NCBI GenBank assembly: GCA_903884815.1
Contig: CAISGE010000070.1
Location: 22,080 to 86,079 of the forward strand
Direction: 5' to 3'
DNA: 64,000 bases
From: Candidatus Omnitrophota bacterium
GTDB lineage: Bacteria > Omnitrophota > Omnitrophia > Omnitrophales > Aquincolibacteriaceae
Shown here: piece after piece, positions 8,599 to 19,392 of the stretch
How the letters are laid out: each line of letters starts with the position of its first letter
How positions within the stretch are numbered: the first letter of the stretch is position 1
Made by a program: the position numbers and the translations under genes
Notes under the pieces: model-generated
What the model was told of the DNA's origin: nothing
The model's input: only the letters and a program-made list of their open reading frames with translations
The model's database searches: none

Positions 8599-10809
8599 AA
8601 GCATATTCACGGCCCCCAAAAGTACCAGCGTATTCAAAACGCCCCAGATCGGGATAAGGAAGCCTGCTGTCAGAAGAGCGCCCAATGCCGAGCCCCCAAG
8701 ATCGGCGGCATAAACGCTTCCGAGAAACTTCCCCTGGCCCTTTAACAGATAAAGGCGATTCGCCACCGGAAAGACCATGCCGGCCCAAAATCCCCCAAGA
8801 AGCGCCACGCCTAAAAAGATGAACTGGGACTCCGCGCGGAGGGAGAACAGGCCGGAGAAAATTCCCTCACAAAGCGGTAGCAGCAACAAGAAGAACGCGG
8901 CATTCGCGAGATGAAGCGCCGCCAAAAGCGGCCTTTCGGATATCTTTCCTGACTTCAGAGCAAGCCAAGTCCCGGCACCGAGTCCCGCCATGAATGCCGT
9001 AATGAGCCAAGCGAGACGATAATAGAGATCTCCGAAGGCCGCCTGAAAGAGATAGATCCCCAAGATCTCGGAAGCCATGAGAGAAAAACCAGCCGATCCC
9101 ATGCTCAAGAGGGCAAGCCGCTGTGTCCGTTTTTCAAAACCTTTTGCCCAAGAACCAAAGAACAAGATCACGAGGAGAAACAGACCCAGGATAGCGGAGA
9201 ATGGAACCCCGCCCAAAACAGAGAATCCCCCGGAAACATGGGGATCAAATTGGCTGAGCCACCTGAGGAAGGCGAAATAACAAACCCTCGGCCGCAAGTC
9301 CGTATTCGTGATCTTCACCGCTGCGTTCCTAAAAACCGCAGCAACCCGCGCCACCCGGTCATTCTCCAACCGGTAACGGATAAAGTCCGCCGTCACGAAA
9401 TCCGTCCGAACTTTTCTCTCTAAAAGTCGCCCGGCCATGACCTTCGCGTCCCATGCAAGCGAGGCATTCGCCGAAGCGATAAAAAAAAGCGTATCCTCGG
9501 GAAGGATGCGGACGAAGGGAAAGACCTGCCGGAGCGTCGCGTCAACCGAGGCACCGAACCGCGCGAGAACCGGCGTCGTAAAATCTGCCGCGAAGGTAAT
9601 GTGAGTCGCAAAAATACCGTCCGGCGCAAGATGCGAACGCACCAGGCGGAAGAACCGTTCCGTGTAATTGCGGTTCACGAGAACAGAAACGGGATCCGGA
9701 AAATTCGAAATGATAACATCGAAAATTCCGCCTTCCGTCCTGAGAAAATCGAGAGGGTCCCGGCTACGGAACTTCACCCGGGGATCGATCAGAGCCTTCT
9801 TAGGCCCCTCAGAAAGGAAGCCGGCGGCGATCTTCGCAATTGCCGGATCAAGCTCAACGGAAACAACCTCCGCGGGCGCGTGCTTCAAGATCTCCTCAAG
9901 CGGTCCGTTAAAACCCGTTCCAAGTATCAGTATCCTGCGGGGAGAGGAATGCGCGAGCATCGGGAAATGCACCAGATATTCACTCGCGAGATCCGCCTGA
10001 TCCGCCCCCAAAAGCAGTCCGTTTTGATAGAAGTCGTGCTGACGCCCCAGGCGTGTGACGGACACATTCCCATGGATGGTGTTCCGGGTTACCAGAAGTT
10101 TTTCATTCGGAAACCGGAACTGGGATGTTTTCTGCTGAATGGCCGAGCTGCCCACCACAAGCCCTATAAGAAAAATAAGCCCTAAAAGGGCCATCGCTAG
10201 CTGATGGGATCTTTTCTCTCCCGCGAGATTGAGGATGAGGGACGCGGCAGTGAAATTCAAAATGGCCAGGATTGCCGCAACACGGAACTCGTTGGCGAAA
10301 ACTAGAAAAAAACTGAAAGCAATACCTCCCGTGACGAACCCCAGGCATTCCCAAAGGTAGGCCCCGCCAACCATTTGAGCCGCATCACCCCTCGAGTCTC
10401 CCGACGCCCGCACTCGGGCCGCAGCTGTAAATTGAATTCCCATCACCCCGCAAAGGGGTACAAGCACCGCGAAAGAATAAATGAGCGACGGAGAAAGTGC
10501 GGGAATGGAGCCGGGCGGTGTGGCAAGTATCATCTTGCCGGAACGAACTAGGAAGATCGCGAGCGGGAAAAGGAGGGCGGACAGGCCATGGCAGAGTCCG
10601 AGAAGTCGGGAGAGGCTCCGTACCTCCGCAGTCGCCCTTGATCCCAACGCGCTCCCGACAGCCGTACCGATGAGCCAGCAAAAGAGTATCCACCCAATGA
10701 AAAACTCGTTGCCGTAGAAACTCATCGCCAGTTCTCGGGTCACCACAACCTGAGAAACGAGGGAAGAGAATCCGAGGACCGTAAAAGAAAAAATGAGGAT
10801 CTTTTTCAT
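8548..10809 (-). CDS. Membrane protein with a central spermidine-synthase-like SAM-binding domain (fused MFS/spermidine synthase type)
   Basis: N- and C-terminal multi-TM blocks flanking ILILGTG..VELDP..FDVIISNFPDP; YAADLGGSALGA. Confidence 0.82.
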   Translation of the reverse strand: MKKILIFSFTVLGFSSLVSQVVVTRELAMSFYGNEFFIGWILFCWLIGTAVGSALGSRATAEVRSLSRLLGLCHGLSALLFPLAIFLVRSGKMILATPPGSIPALSPSLIYSFAVLVPLCGVMGIQFTAAARVRASGDSRGDAAQMVGGAYLWECLGFVTGGIAFSFFLVFANEFRVAAILAILNFTAASLILNLAGEKRSHQLAMALLGLIFLIGLVVGSSAIQQKTSQFRFPNEKLLVTRNTIHGNVSVTRLGRQHDFYQNGLLLGADQADLASEYLVHFPMLAHSSPRRILILGTGFNGPLEEILKHAPAEVVSVELDPAIAKIAAGFLSEGPKKALIDPRVKFRSRDPLDFLRTEGGIFDVIISNFPDPVSVLVNRNYTERFFRLVRSHLAPDGIFATHITFAADFTTPVLARFGASVDATLRQVFPFVRILPEDTLFFIASANASLAWDAKVMAGRLLERKVRTDFVTADFIRYRLENDRVARVAAVFRNAAVKITNTDLRPRVCYFAFLRWLSQFDPHVSGGFSVLGGVPFSAILGLFLLVILFFGSWAKGFEKRTQRLALLSMGSAGFSLMASEILGIYLFQAAFGDLYYRLAWLITAFMAGLGAGTWLALKSGKISERPLLAALHLANAAFFLLLLPLCEGIFSGLFSLRAESQFIFLGVALLGGFWAGMVFPVANRLYLLKGQGKFLGSVYAADLGGSALGALLTAGFLIPIWGVLNTLVLLGAVNMLLVLLFLFRKDLGCKNL

Positions 10810-10876
10810 CTTTCCCGTTACCCCCGAAGAATCCGCAGAGGCCCGATGCGAAAAAGTTCTAAATCAGACGGCCATT

Positions 10877-11764
10877 TCAGGAGGCTTTCCCTGAAATAAT
10901 ATGGACATCGCTTTGCGGGTAGGGCATGGTGAGTTTTGCCGCAATGAGCGCCTTATGGATCGCAAGATTGATCGCGCAGAGACTCTGGAAATATTTCGTC
11001 GACGGGATCCAGTAGCGGCAGCCGATATCGATCGAGGAGTCCCCAAATTCCTGGAGGCCGACTTGTGGTTTTGGCGTTTGCGCCACATCCTTAAAACTGT
11101 TGATCGTCTTTTCGATCACCTGGATCGCCTTCTCAGGATCATCCGAATAGCTGATCCCCACCATATTCTCCACGATCTTGTACTTGAAGGAATTGTGAAT
11201 GATCTCGCCCACTATATGCTTGTTGGGAATGGTGATCTTAACCCCATCTTCATCCGTCAGGATTGTGGAGGATAACGTGACCTCCTTGACGATCCCGGTC
11301 TGTCCCTGAACCTGGATGTTATCTCCCACGACGAACGGACGGCCCAAAATGATCGAGATACCGGCGCCGTAATTCGAAAGAGGTCCTTGAAGAGCCATGC
11401 TAACCCCGAATGCCCCGGCACCGATCATGGCGATAAAGGGTGTGATCGTGATGCCGAATTTCCCGAGAGCGATGAGGATCGCAAATCCCAGGATCATGAT
11501 CTTTACACAAGATGCAATAAACTTGGCGAGGGTAATATCCACTTTCTTCGCATTGCAAAGCTTTAGAATGACCCTCAAGGCCCAATTCGCGATAAAGTTC
11601 CCGATAATAAGGACAAGAATGGCGCCAATCACTTGAAAACTGTAATTGGTAAGGAACTCCACTGCCGTTTTGATGAACTGTTGCACCGTGCTCATCTCTT
11701 TTTCCATAAATTTCCCCTCTAGAACTTTATGTGCCGTTGTTTGAAGCGCGGAAGATACAGCCAT
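10877..11764 (-). CDS. mscS: Small-conductance mechanosensitive channel
   Basis: Three TMs, ALQGPLSNYGAG, RPFVVGD, IPNKHI, GISYSDD, FGDSSI; AAGGAGG RBS (alternative start MEKEM). Confidence 0.92.
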   Translation of the reverse strand: MAVSSALQTTAHKVLEGKFMEKEMSTVQQFIKTAVEFLTNYSFQVIGAILVLIIGNFIANWALRVILKLCNAKKVDITLAKFIASCVKIMILGFAILIALGKFGITITPFIAMIGAGAFGVSMALQGPLSNYGAGISIILGRPFVVGDNIQVQGQTGIVKEVTLSSTILTDEDGVKITIPNKHIVGEIIHNSFKYKIVENMVGISYSDDPEKAIQVIEKTINSFKDVAQTPKPQVGLQEFGDSSIDIGCRYWIPSTKYFQSLCAINLAIHKALIAAKLTMPYPQSDVHIISGKAS

Positions 11765-11825
11765 GTCATACCTCCTTCATTTTATCACTATTTTGTGAGG
11801 GAAAGAAGCTTCCCAGCGGCGATCT

Positions 11826-13016
11826 TCAGGCTTTCGCTTGAAGAGGTAGTGTAAAAATAAACTTCGATCCTTTACCGAGTTCCGACTCAATCCATATCTT
11901 GCCGCCGTGAAGGTCCACAATATCCTTGGCAATGGAAAGGCCAAGGCCCGTTCCTTCCGCTTTCTCCGTCAGAATGCGCTCGAACTTGTCGAAAAGCTTG
12001 CGCTGATTCTCCGGGCTAATTCCCCCTCCGGTATCCTCCACTTCCACGCGGGCCTCCCCTTCCACTGCAAGAAGCCGCAACACAACCTTACGGCCCTCGG
12101 GCGTGTATTTCAAGGCATTGCTCGTCAGATTCACCACCACCTGGGTCAAACGGTCTTCATCGGCAAGCACTGTCACCGGTTCGGCTGGGATCTCAAGACC
12201 AAACTGGATATTCTTTTTTACCGCCTCCTCCACAAAAGATTCGCGCGTGCCTTTCAGGACGCTCCCGAGATCCACCGTTCCGAGCTCGAGCTTCATTTTC
12301 CCGGCCGCGATCTTGGAAACATCCAGAATATCCTTGATCAAGCGTAGGAGGCGTTTGATGGTTCGAAGCATGATCTCGATCGTCTCCGTTTGCTTCGTCG
12401 TCACGGGCCCGTAAAAACCATCCTGCAGGTTGTCAGCAAACCCTTTCATGATCGCAAGCGGTGATTTGAGTTCGTGGGACACATTGGCCACGAAAGCATC
12501 TTTCTTCTCATCCAGTTCTTTCAGGCGCGTCACATCGAGATAAAGCTGGCGGTCCAAAAGCTGGGACAGTGCAAGAACGATCTCGGTCTCGCTCATAGCT
12601 TTCGGCGCATTGACCGCGGGAGCACTTTCGCGAGCCGGCGTTTTCTTAAGATACATCTCCACCGCAGAGATCAGCGCGGCGCCTTCATCCTTGCCGTAGA
12701 AACCATCCGCACCGGTCTGAAAGCTCCATTTCTGGGGATCCTGGACCACGCCTACGGCATCGCGGGCCGTCATCATAACGATTGGAATGTCCTTCGTGGC
12801 AGGATGATCTTTGAGGAGTCGGCAGACTTGATAACCGTTGATCTTGGGCATATGAACATCGAGAAGGATGAGGTCGGGAATGCGGGAAAATACGGTATTG
12901 ATCGCTTCGATCCCATCCACGGCGGTCAAAACCTCATAACCGCCGTCCTCAAGCTGCACTTTGTACATCTCTCGCACAAGAGAACTATCATCCACCACGA
13001 GAATAATTTTTTTCAC
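11826..13016 (-). CDS. Hybrid REC-histidine kinase (cytoplasmic)
   Basis: REC (VVDD, LLDVHMP), H-box [10 protein letters not shown]-box NALKY, DTGGGI, GTGLGL. Confidence 0.93.
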   Translation of the reverse strand: MKKIILVVDDSSLVREMYKVQLEDGGYEVLTAVDGIEAINTVFSRIPDLILLDVHMPKINGYQVCRLLKDHPATKDIPIVMMTARDAVGVVQDPQKWSFQTGADGFYGKDEGAALISAVEMYLKKTPARESAPAVNAPKAMSETEIVLALSQLLDRQLYLDVTRLKELDEKKDAFVANVSHELKSPLAIMKGFADNLQDGFYGPVTTKQTETIEIMLRTIKRLLRLIKDILDVSKIAAGKMKLELGTVDLGSVLKGTRESFVEEAVKKNIQFGLEIPAEPVTVLADEDRLTQVVVNLTSNALKYTPEGRKVVLRLLAVEGEARVEVEDTGGGISPENQRKLFDKFERILTEKAEGTGLGLSIAKDIVDLHGGKIWIESELGKGSKFIFTLPLQAKA

Positions 13017-13035
13017 AGAGTCCCCCTCGGGTATC

Positions 13036-14040
13036 TCAGCGTACGGACCGGTTTATTTCATCCGCCATAGAATCAAGAGACAGCACGCAGGCGATCGCGC
13101 CTTGATCCACCGCCACTTTATTCATCCCGTAGATCGCGGAGGTCTTCTCATCCTGCGCGATCGTGTGGCCCCCCGCCGCTCGAATAGCTGCAATCCCCTC
13201 CACACCGTCCCGTCCCATACCGGTCATGATCACACCCACCGCCCTGTCCTTATAAATCTCTGCCGCTGAGAGCATCATCACGTCGATCGAGGGAACATGA
13301 AGCATTTTCCGGGACCCATCTTCCTTAAGAACGATCTTCTCTTCCTCATTGACGGTCATATGAACCCCATCCGGCGCAAAATAAACGGTTCCGCTTTTAA
13401 GTGGATCGCCCGCTTTAGCTACCCGGAGACTGAGCGCCGAGGTTAAACTCAACCACTCCACAAGCCCTTGAATGAACCCTGTGGAAATATGCTGGACAAT
13501 AAGAACGCATGCCGGAAGATCGGCGGGCAGTTTTGCGAGAAGGGCTTGCAGCGCCTGAGGCCCCCCTGTTGATACACCCAGGGCCACCACCCGCGTGGCA
13601 GCTTCTCTGTTCGTGACAAGCCTCTTCACTACCGGGCGGATATGCATCCTCCGGAGAGCTTTCACCCGGGAAGCGATCTTCACCTTCAACAGTACTTCCC
13701 CCTTGATCTCATCGAGGTCCCCGGTACTTGCCACAAAATCCATGGCTCCAAAGCTAAGCGCCTTGACGATGATCGGAACTTCCCGGCTGCTGACGATCAC
13801 GATCGGAGTCGGGCACTCTTCCATGATCAGCTCCGTCGCTTCCAATCCTCCCATCACCGGCATGGTTATATCCATGGTGACCACGTCCGGCCTCAAGGCT
13901 AACGTCTTTTCATAGCCTTCTTTCCCGTTGCGGGCCTCGCCAATCACTTCGATCTCAGGGTCCGCACTCAAAATGGTATTCAGCGCCTGGCGCACCAGCG
14001 TCGAATCATCAACAATCAAAACACGGATATTTTTCGGCAT
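13036..14040 (-). CDS. cheB: Chemotaxis methylesterase (REC-CheB)
   Basis: REC plus [25 protein letters not shown]. Confidence 0.95.
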   Translation of the reverse strand: MPKNIRVLIVDDSTLVRQALNTILSADPEIEVIGEARNGKEGYEKTLALRPDVVTMDITMPVMGGLEATELIMEECPTPIVIVSSREVPIIVKALSFGAMDFVASTGDLDEIKGEVLLKVKIASRVKALRRMHIRPVVKRLVTNREAATRVVALGVSTGGPQALQALLAKLPADLPACVLIVQHISTGFIQGLVEWLSLTSALSLRVAKAGDPLKSGTVYFAPDGVHMTVNEEEKIVLKEDGSRKMLHVPSIDVMMLSAAEIYKDRAVGVIMTGMGRDGVEGIAAIRAAGGHTIAQDEKTSAIYGMNKVAVDQGAIACVLSLDSMADEINRSVR

Positions 14041-14101
14041 AATTCCCTTTATGTTGAAATTCAAAACGCATGCATTGAACTTTTATCTCTAACGCTGCGT
14101 T

Positions 14102-16255
14102 CTACCCCAGCAACCGCTCCATGGTCTCGAGAAGACCTTCGGAGGTGAAATCGCTTTTGAGAAGGTACGCGTTAGCGCCCGCCTCCATTCCCTTGCGTTT
14201 ATCTTCATCGCTTTCGCGGGTGGTCACGATAATGATCGGGACCTCTTTGTAATTCTTTTCCCGGCGCAAGCGCGTCACAAGTTCGAATCCATCCATCCGG
14301 GGCATCAAAACATCCGAGATGACGAGATCGAATTTTTCCTGCGCTGCCTTTTCAAGCGCCTCCTTGCCGTCCCGGGCGATCACCACCGCATAACCCACGG
14401 ATTCGAGAATATTCTTCTCCAGCATGGCGGTAGTCAGTGTGTCCTCAGCGAGCAGAATAGTTTTCTTCTTTTTTCCCGGAGCGGCTTTGGGCTTTGCGGT
14501 CGTCTGGCGAACCACGCCTCCTTCGGCCGAATGGATGATCGAAGGAATATCCAGGATCATAACGACCTTCCCACTCCCCAGGATCGTCGCACCCGCGATG
14601 TGCTTCACGTGCTTCAAAGGGTCGCCCATGCTCTTGGAGATGATCTCCTGACGCCCCATCAGCTCATCCACCAGGATCCCGATCCTTTTTTCGACCGACT
14701 GAACGATCAGTACCGGAAAGAATTTCTTCTCCAAGATCCCTTTCGCGGGAAGCCCAAAGACATCATGCAATTTGACGACCGGCAGGATATGCCCCCGCAC
14801 CGTGATCACATCCTTGGTCTCCACGGTCTTGAGATCCGCGAGATTGATCCGCACCGTTTCGATCACAGAGTCGACCGGGATTGCAAAGATATCACTGCCC
14901 GCCACCACCAGGAGACTTTCGGTGATCGCAAGCGTGAGCGGCAACCGTATGATAAAACTGGTTCCTCGAGCAGGATCGGAAGAAACCTCCACCATGCCCT
15001 TCAACTTGATCACAGTGTCGCGCACCACATCGAGCCCCACCCCGCGCCCGGAAATGTCGGAAACTTCTTCGCGCGTACTGAACCCTGGAGTGAAAAGCAG
15101 CTGAAAGATCTGTTCATCCACCATCGAGGAAATATGTTCCTGGGACACAAGATCCCTGGCCACAGCGATCTCCCGGACCTTGGCAACATCGATACCGCAT
15201 CCGTCATCGGTCACCGAAATGACCACCTGTGAACCTTCTTGGGTTGCCGAAAGCTTGATCCTGCCCGAGGCAGGCTTATTCTGCCTTTTTCTTTCTTCCG
15301 GAGATTCGATCCCGTGGTCCACGGAGTTCCTTAAAAGATGCATCAGGGGCACCTTCATTTCATCCAGGATCGCCTTATCAAGCTGGGTATCCTGACCTTC
15401 GATCACCAGATCAACCTGCTTTCTTTTTTGCTGCGCGAGATCTCTCATCGCCCTGGGAAAGGAGTTGAAAAGATAAGCGACCGGAAGCATGCGGACTTTC
15501 ATCATTTCATCCTGCATGTTCTCCGTCAGAAGATCGATGCGCTCCGTAACCGAGGTCAGATCCTTCATCACGCCACTGAAAACAGCGTAAGCCTCTCCTT
15601 GCGCCTCCGCTTTCACCAGAAGTTCCTTCGAAAGCTCTTCAAGGCGGATCTTGGAGATAAGCAGCTCGCCCGAAAGATTGATCAAACGATTAAGCTTCGC
15701 TATATCCACCCGGACGCTGTCCTCAACAGGTGCCGCAGGAGCAGAAGGAGCCTCGATGGTTTCGGCTTCAGAGATGCCTGAAGCCGGTTCCGGCTTAACC
15801 GAAGGCTCCGTAGCATCAGGAGCCGGGGCCACCGGAGACCGAGGGAGTTCCCCTTCAAATTTTCCGGAAAAAACCTTCTCTGCTAAGGCGCACAAATCCT
15901 CTGTAAGGTCACGGTTGATCCCGCTATCGTTCCAGGTCACTTTGTCTTGAAGCAGCGGCTCGACCACATCGAGACACTTGAATAACATTTCAAAGCAGGT
16001 TTTACTGAGAGAAAGTTCACCGTTTAGGGCCCGCTGGAGACCATCCTCCATTTTGTGAGTGATGTCGGCGATGCGCTTGTAGCCCATCATGGTGGCACCG
16101 CCCTTAATGCTATGGGCCTCGCGCATCATGGAATTCAAAAGTTCACGGTCCGAAGGGGATTTTTCGAGCTTCAACAGCCCCAGGCTGAGGGCCTGGACAC
16201 GTTCTCGTGTCTCGGTCTTGAACTGATCGATGAATTTCGATTTATCAAACGCCAT
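14102..16255 (-). CDS. cheA: CheA-type kinase with CheW and C-terminal REC domains
   Basis: Hpt REAHSIKG, HLLRNSVDHGIE, SGRGVGLDVV, LPLTLA, terminal REC ISDVLMP. Confidence 0.95.
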   Translation of the reverse strand: MAFDKSKFIDQFKTETRERVQALSLGLLKLEKSPSDRELLNSMMREAHSIKGGATMMGYKRIADITHKMEDGLQRALNGELSLSKTCFEMLFKCLDVVEPLLQDKVTWNDSGINRDLTEDLCALAEKVFSGKFEGELPRSPVAPAPDATEPSVKPEPASGISEAETIEAPSAPAAPVEDSVRVDIAKLNRLINLSGELLISKIRLEELSKELLVKAEAQGEAYAVFSGVMKDLTSVTERIDLLTENMQDEMMKVRMLPVAYLFNSFPRAMRDLAQQKRKQVDLVIEGQDTQLDKAILDEMKVPLMHLLRNSVDHGIESPEERKRQNKPASGRIKLSATQEGSQVVISVTDDGCGIDVAKVREIAVARDLVSQEHISSMVDEQIFQLLFTPGFSTREEVSDISGRGVGLDVVRDTVIKLKGMVEVSSDPARGTSFIIRLPLTLAITESLLVVAGSDIFAIPVDSVIETVRINLADLKTVETKDVITVRGHILPVVKLHDVFGLPAKGILEKKFFPVLIVQSVEKRIGILVDELMGRQEIISKSMGDPLKHVKHIAGATILGSGKVVMILDIPSIIHSAEGGVVRQTTAKPKAAPGKKKKTILLAEDTLTTAMLEKNILESVGYAVVIARDGKEALEKAAQEKFDLVISDVLMPRMDGFELVTRLRREKNYKEVPIIIVTTRESDEDKRKGMEAGANAYLLKSDFTSEGLLETMERLLG

Positions 16256-16288
16256 CCGTAGGCCCCAAGATCAAAGCTTAGCTTAATT

Positions 16289-17806
16289 TTACAATTCGAA
16301 ATTGGAAGCGAGTTGCTTCAACTCACCAGCCAAGGCTCTAAGTTGTGTCACTGAAACTTGAGACTGATGGGCACCCGCTGAAATCTGCTTCATGGCTTTG
16401 TCGATACCCATCATGGCATCCGAGATTTGCTTAAAGCCGGAGATCTGCTGGTTCGAGGACATCTGGATCTCCCTAGCCCTTTCCGTGGTCTGCTGCGCAA
16501 GCCCTGCCTCTTCATCCACGCTCAGGATGCTTTGTTCCATGGACATGATCGCGTTCGACATTTCGTGCTGGATCAGCTCGATCAGCGCCGTGATGTCTTT
16601 CGTGGATTTCGCCGTCGAATCAGAGAGCTTCCGGATCTCATCCGCCACCACGGTAAACCCGCGACCCTGTTCCCCGGCGCGCGCCGCCTCGATCGATGCG
16701 TTCACCGCTAAAAGGTTCGTCTGGTCGGCCACGTCATCGATAAGATCCGTGATCTTGCCAATCCGTTGGGATTTTTCACCAAGGGAATTCAGCATCCCGT
16801 TCGTCTTGTCGATGGCCTCTTTGATCTTCGTCATCCCGGCCAGCGCGTGAGCCGCGACCTGCGCGACCTTTTTGATGCTTTCTCCAACGGATTCAGAAGT
16901 CGTCGAGAGCTCCTTTGCCGCCGCCGCGGTCTCCGTAACCGCTGATGACTGCTGAAAGGCGGTGGAAGCCTGTTCCTGAGAAGCCGTAAGTATCTCCTGG
17001 CTTGAAATCGTCATTTGATGCGTGGCATCCTGGACTTTTTTGATAATGGTCCTCAACCCCGCTGTCATATCATTAAAACTTGCCGCCAGAGCGCCAATTT
17101 CGTCGTTCGATTCCACCTTTACTTCTTTTGTAAGATTTGCATTGGCGACCAGATTCACCACGGCAGCCAAGGAATCCAGGGGATTCACGATGAGCCTGTT
17201 AAGGAGAAGAAAAATAGCACCGATCACCGCCAACAGGATCAGAGCCTGCATCAATCCGGCCTTGATCAGATCCCGTCGCATCGCGTCAAGGCTCGGCTGA
17301 AAGACAACCGTCGTCCTCAAGAGCGCCATCACATCACCCACTTGAATGCCCGCGTGACAAGCCATACAGTCCTTCCCAGCGATCAGCGGTGAAATGATAC
17401 GAATGGCTGCACTCCCCCCCACACTTATTGTTTGGCGTATGGGTTGACCGGAATTAAGCGCCTGCAGGTCAAGGTCATCCTTCGTTGGGCTATTCTTGCG
17501 TTCGCCAAGTTCTTTTTCGAGCAACGGAGATCGAACCACGCGGATCTCAGCCACCGACTGAAGCTTGCTTCCCTTATCAAGATAGGCTTCGAGATCGCTT
17601 TGCTGACCGGTCCTCATGAATCCATAGACAGCTTCATGGATCGAATCGGATAAAACATTCGCTCCCTGGATCGCCTGGCGTTTTACGTTCTCATGCGAAG
17701 AGTAAAAGAGCCAACCCATCATCAAAACGCCCCCCAGGAAAAGAATCCCAAATAGCGCGATCATGAACTTGGCGCGAATTCCCATCGCCCCTGCTTTTTT
17801 TGCCAT
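16289..17806 (-). CDS. Methyl-accepting chemotaxis protein with a periplasmic CxxCH sensor
   Basis: Two TMs, CMACH, HAMP, QTNLLAVNASIEAARAGEQGRGF. Confidence 0.93.
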   Translation of the reverse strand: MAKKAGAMGIRAKFMIALFGILFLGGVLMMGWLFYSSHENVKRQAIQGANVLSDSIHEAVYGFMRTGQQSDLEAYLDKGSKLQSVAEIRVVRSPLLEKELGERKNSPTKDDLDLQALNSGQPIRQTISVGGSAAIRIISPLIAGKDCMACHAGIQVGDVMALLRTTVVFQPSLDAMRRDLIKAGLMQALILLAVIGAIFLLLNRLIVNPLDSLAAVVNLVANANLTKEVKVESNDEIGALAASFNDMTAGLRTIIKKVQDATHQMTISSQEILTASQEQASTAFQQSSAVTETAAAAKELSTTSESVGESIKKVAQVAAHALAGMTKIKEAIDKTNGMLNSLGEKSQRIGKITDLIDDVADQTNLLAVNASIEAARAGEQGRGFTVVADEIRKLSDSTAKSTKDITALIELIQHEMSNAIMSMEQSILSVDEEAGLAQQTTERAREIQMSSNQQISGFKQISDAMMGIDKAMKQISAGAHQSQVSVTQLRALAGELKQLASNFEL

Positions 17807-17827
17807 TTTGTTCCCGGATCTTTTCAG

Positions 17828-19369
17828 TTAGAGTTTAAATTTTGAGGCAAGCGCCTTGAGTTCTCCGGCCAGAGAGGTGAGCTGCTTGACGGAGACCTGG
17901 GACTGCTGCGCTCCGGCGGCCACCTGCTTCATGGTCTCGTCGATATTCATCATTGCGTCGGCGATCTGCTTGGCGCCCGAGATCTGCTGATGCGTGCTCA
18001 TCGCGATCTCTTTGGATTTTTCGGTTGTCTGCTGCGCAAGCCGGGATTCCTCTTCCACGCTCTGAATGCTGGTTTCCATGGACATGATGGCGTTCGACAT
18101 CTCATGCTGAATGAGCTCGATCAGCGCGGTAATATCCTTCGTGGACTTCGCCGTCGAGTCCGCGAGCTTGCGAATCTCATCGGCCACCACGGTGAATCCG
18201 CGGCCCTGTTCGCCGGCTCGCGCGGCTTCGATCGAAGCGTTTACAGCCAAAAGGTTCGTCTGATCCGCCACGTCATCGATCAGTTCGGTGATCTTTCCGA
18301 TCTTCTGAGACTTTTCGCCCAAAGAATTCAGCATCCCGTTCGTTTTGTCAATCGATTCCTTGATCTTCGACATCCCAGCGAGCGCATGGGCCGCGACCTG
18401 CGCGACCTTTTTGATGCTCTCGCCGACCGTTTCGGAAGTTGTCGAAAGTTCCTTCGCTGCTGCCGTCGTCTCGGTCACCGCAGAGGATTGCTCACGCGCT
18501 GCGGCGGCCTGCTCTTGCGACGCCGCGAGGATCTCCGTGCCGGCGGAAGTGATCTGGCCCGTCGCCTCCTGCAACTTTATGAGTATGATCCTCAGGCCCG
18601 AAACCATATCTGAAAAACTTTTGGCCAGATCCCCGATCTCATCATTCGATGTAGCTTTGATCTCCATCGTCAGATCTGCCGCGGCAAGAGCCTCTGTGGC
18701 TTTCATGAGCAACTTCAAAGGATTTGTGATAGAGCGGGTGATCAACCACGTTAGGACCATGCCCACCCCGAGCGTGAGCAAGGCGAACACGATCAAGACG
18801 GTCCCCAAACGATGGGCTTTAGCATCCTGTTCTTTGATCAGTTTCGCCGTGTGTTCGATGGCGGCCGCGCTGCTATCATCGATCAGCTTCAGGCACTCCG
18901 CGTCATCCCCCGTCGTATCAGCGTCTATCTGCACGACATTGGCACCGGCCGCCGTGACATAGCTTTTCAAAGATTCAAAGTAGCCCTCATTGAGCTTCTT
19001 GTAGGCCTCGTCGAATTTCGCCAGGCGCTGTTTATTCCCCTCACTCAGGAAACAGTACGGGCCATCGGTCAGTTCTTTGGCATCCTTCTGAACCCGCGCG
19101 ATCTGATCCTCAAATTTTGCTTTATAAATAGCCAATTTCTCAGGGTCTTTCCCCTTAAGCAGAAGGTTCTTCCACTCTTTCACCTGCGTCTTGAACTCCG
19201 CCTCCATATTCAGAACGAGGTTGAGCTGTCCAACGCGTTTTTCGGTGAACTCATGGTAATCTCCCACCGTCTGGAGAAAGATCACGACAGAAAAAATCGT
19301 CGCTGCGAACATTAACCCAAATACGCCCCCGAATCCAAACGTCAACTTCTTTCCGATCGTCACACGCAT
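17828..19369 (-). CDS. Methyl-accepting chemotaxis protein (helical-bundle sensor)
   Basis: Two TMs, QVKEWKN sensor, HAMP, QTNLLAVNASIEAARAGEQGRGF. Confidence 0.93.
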   Translation of the reverse strand: MRVTIGKKLTFGFGGVFGLMFAATIFSVVIFLQTVGDYHEFTEKRVGQLNLVLNMEAEFKTQVKEWKNLLLKGKDPEKLAIYKAKFEDQIARVQKDAKELTDGPYCFLSEGNKQRLAKFDEAYKKLNEGYFESLKSYVTAAGANVVQIDADTTGDDAECLKLIDDSSAAAIEHTAKLIKEQDAKAHRLGTVLIVFALLTLGVGMVLTWLITRSITNPLKLLMKATEALAAADLTMEIKATSNDEIGDLAKSFSDMVSGLRIILIKLQEATGQITSAGTEILAASQEQAAAAREQSSAVTETTAAAKELSTTSETVGESIKKVAQVAAHALAGMSKIKESIDKTNGMLNSLGEKSQKIGKITELIDDVADQTNLLAVNASIEAARAGEQGRGFTVVADEIRKLADSTAKSTKDITALIELIQHEMSNAIMSMETSIQSVEEESRLAQQTTEKSKEIAMSTHQQISGAKQIADAMMNIDETMKQVAAGAQQSQVSVKQLTSLAGELKALASKFKL

Positions 19370-19392
19370 GATGTCTCTCCTTGTTGTCCGGA

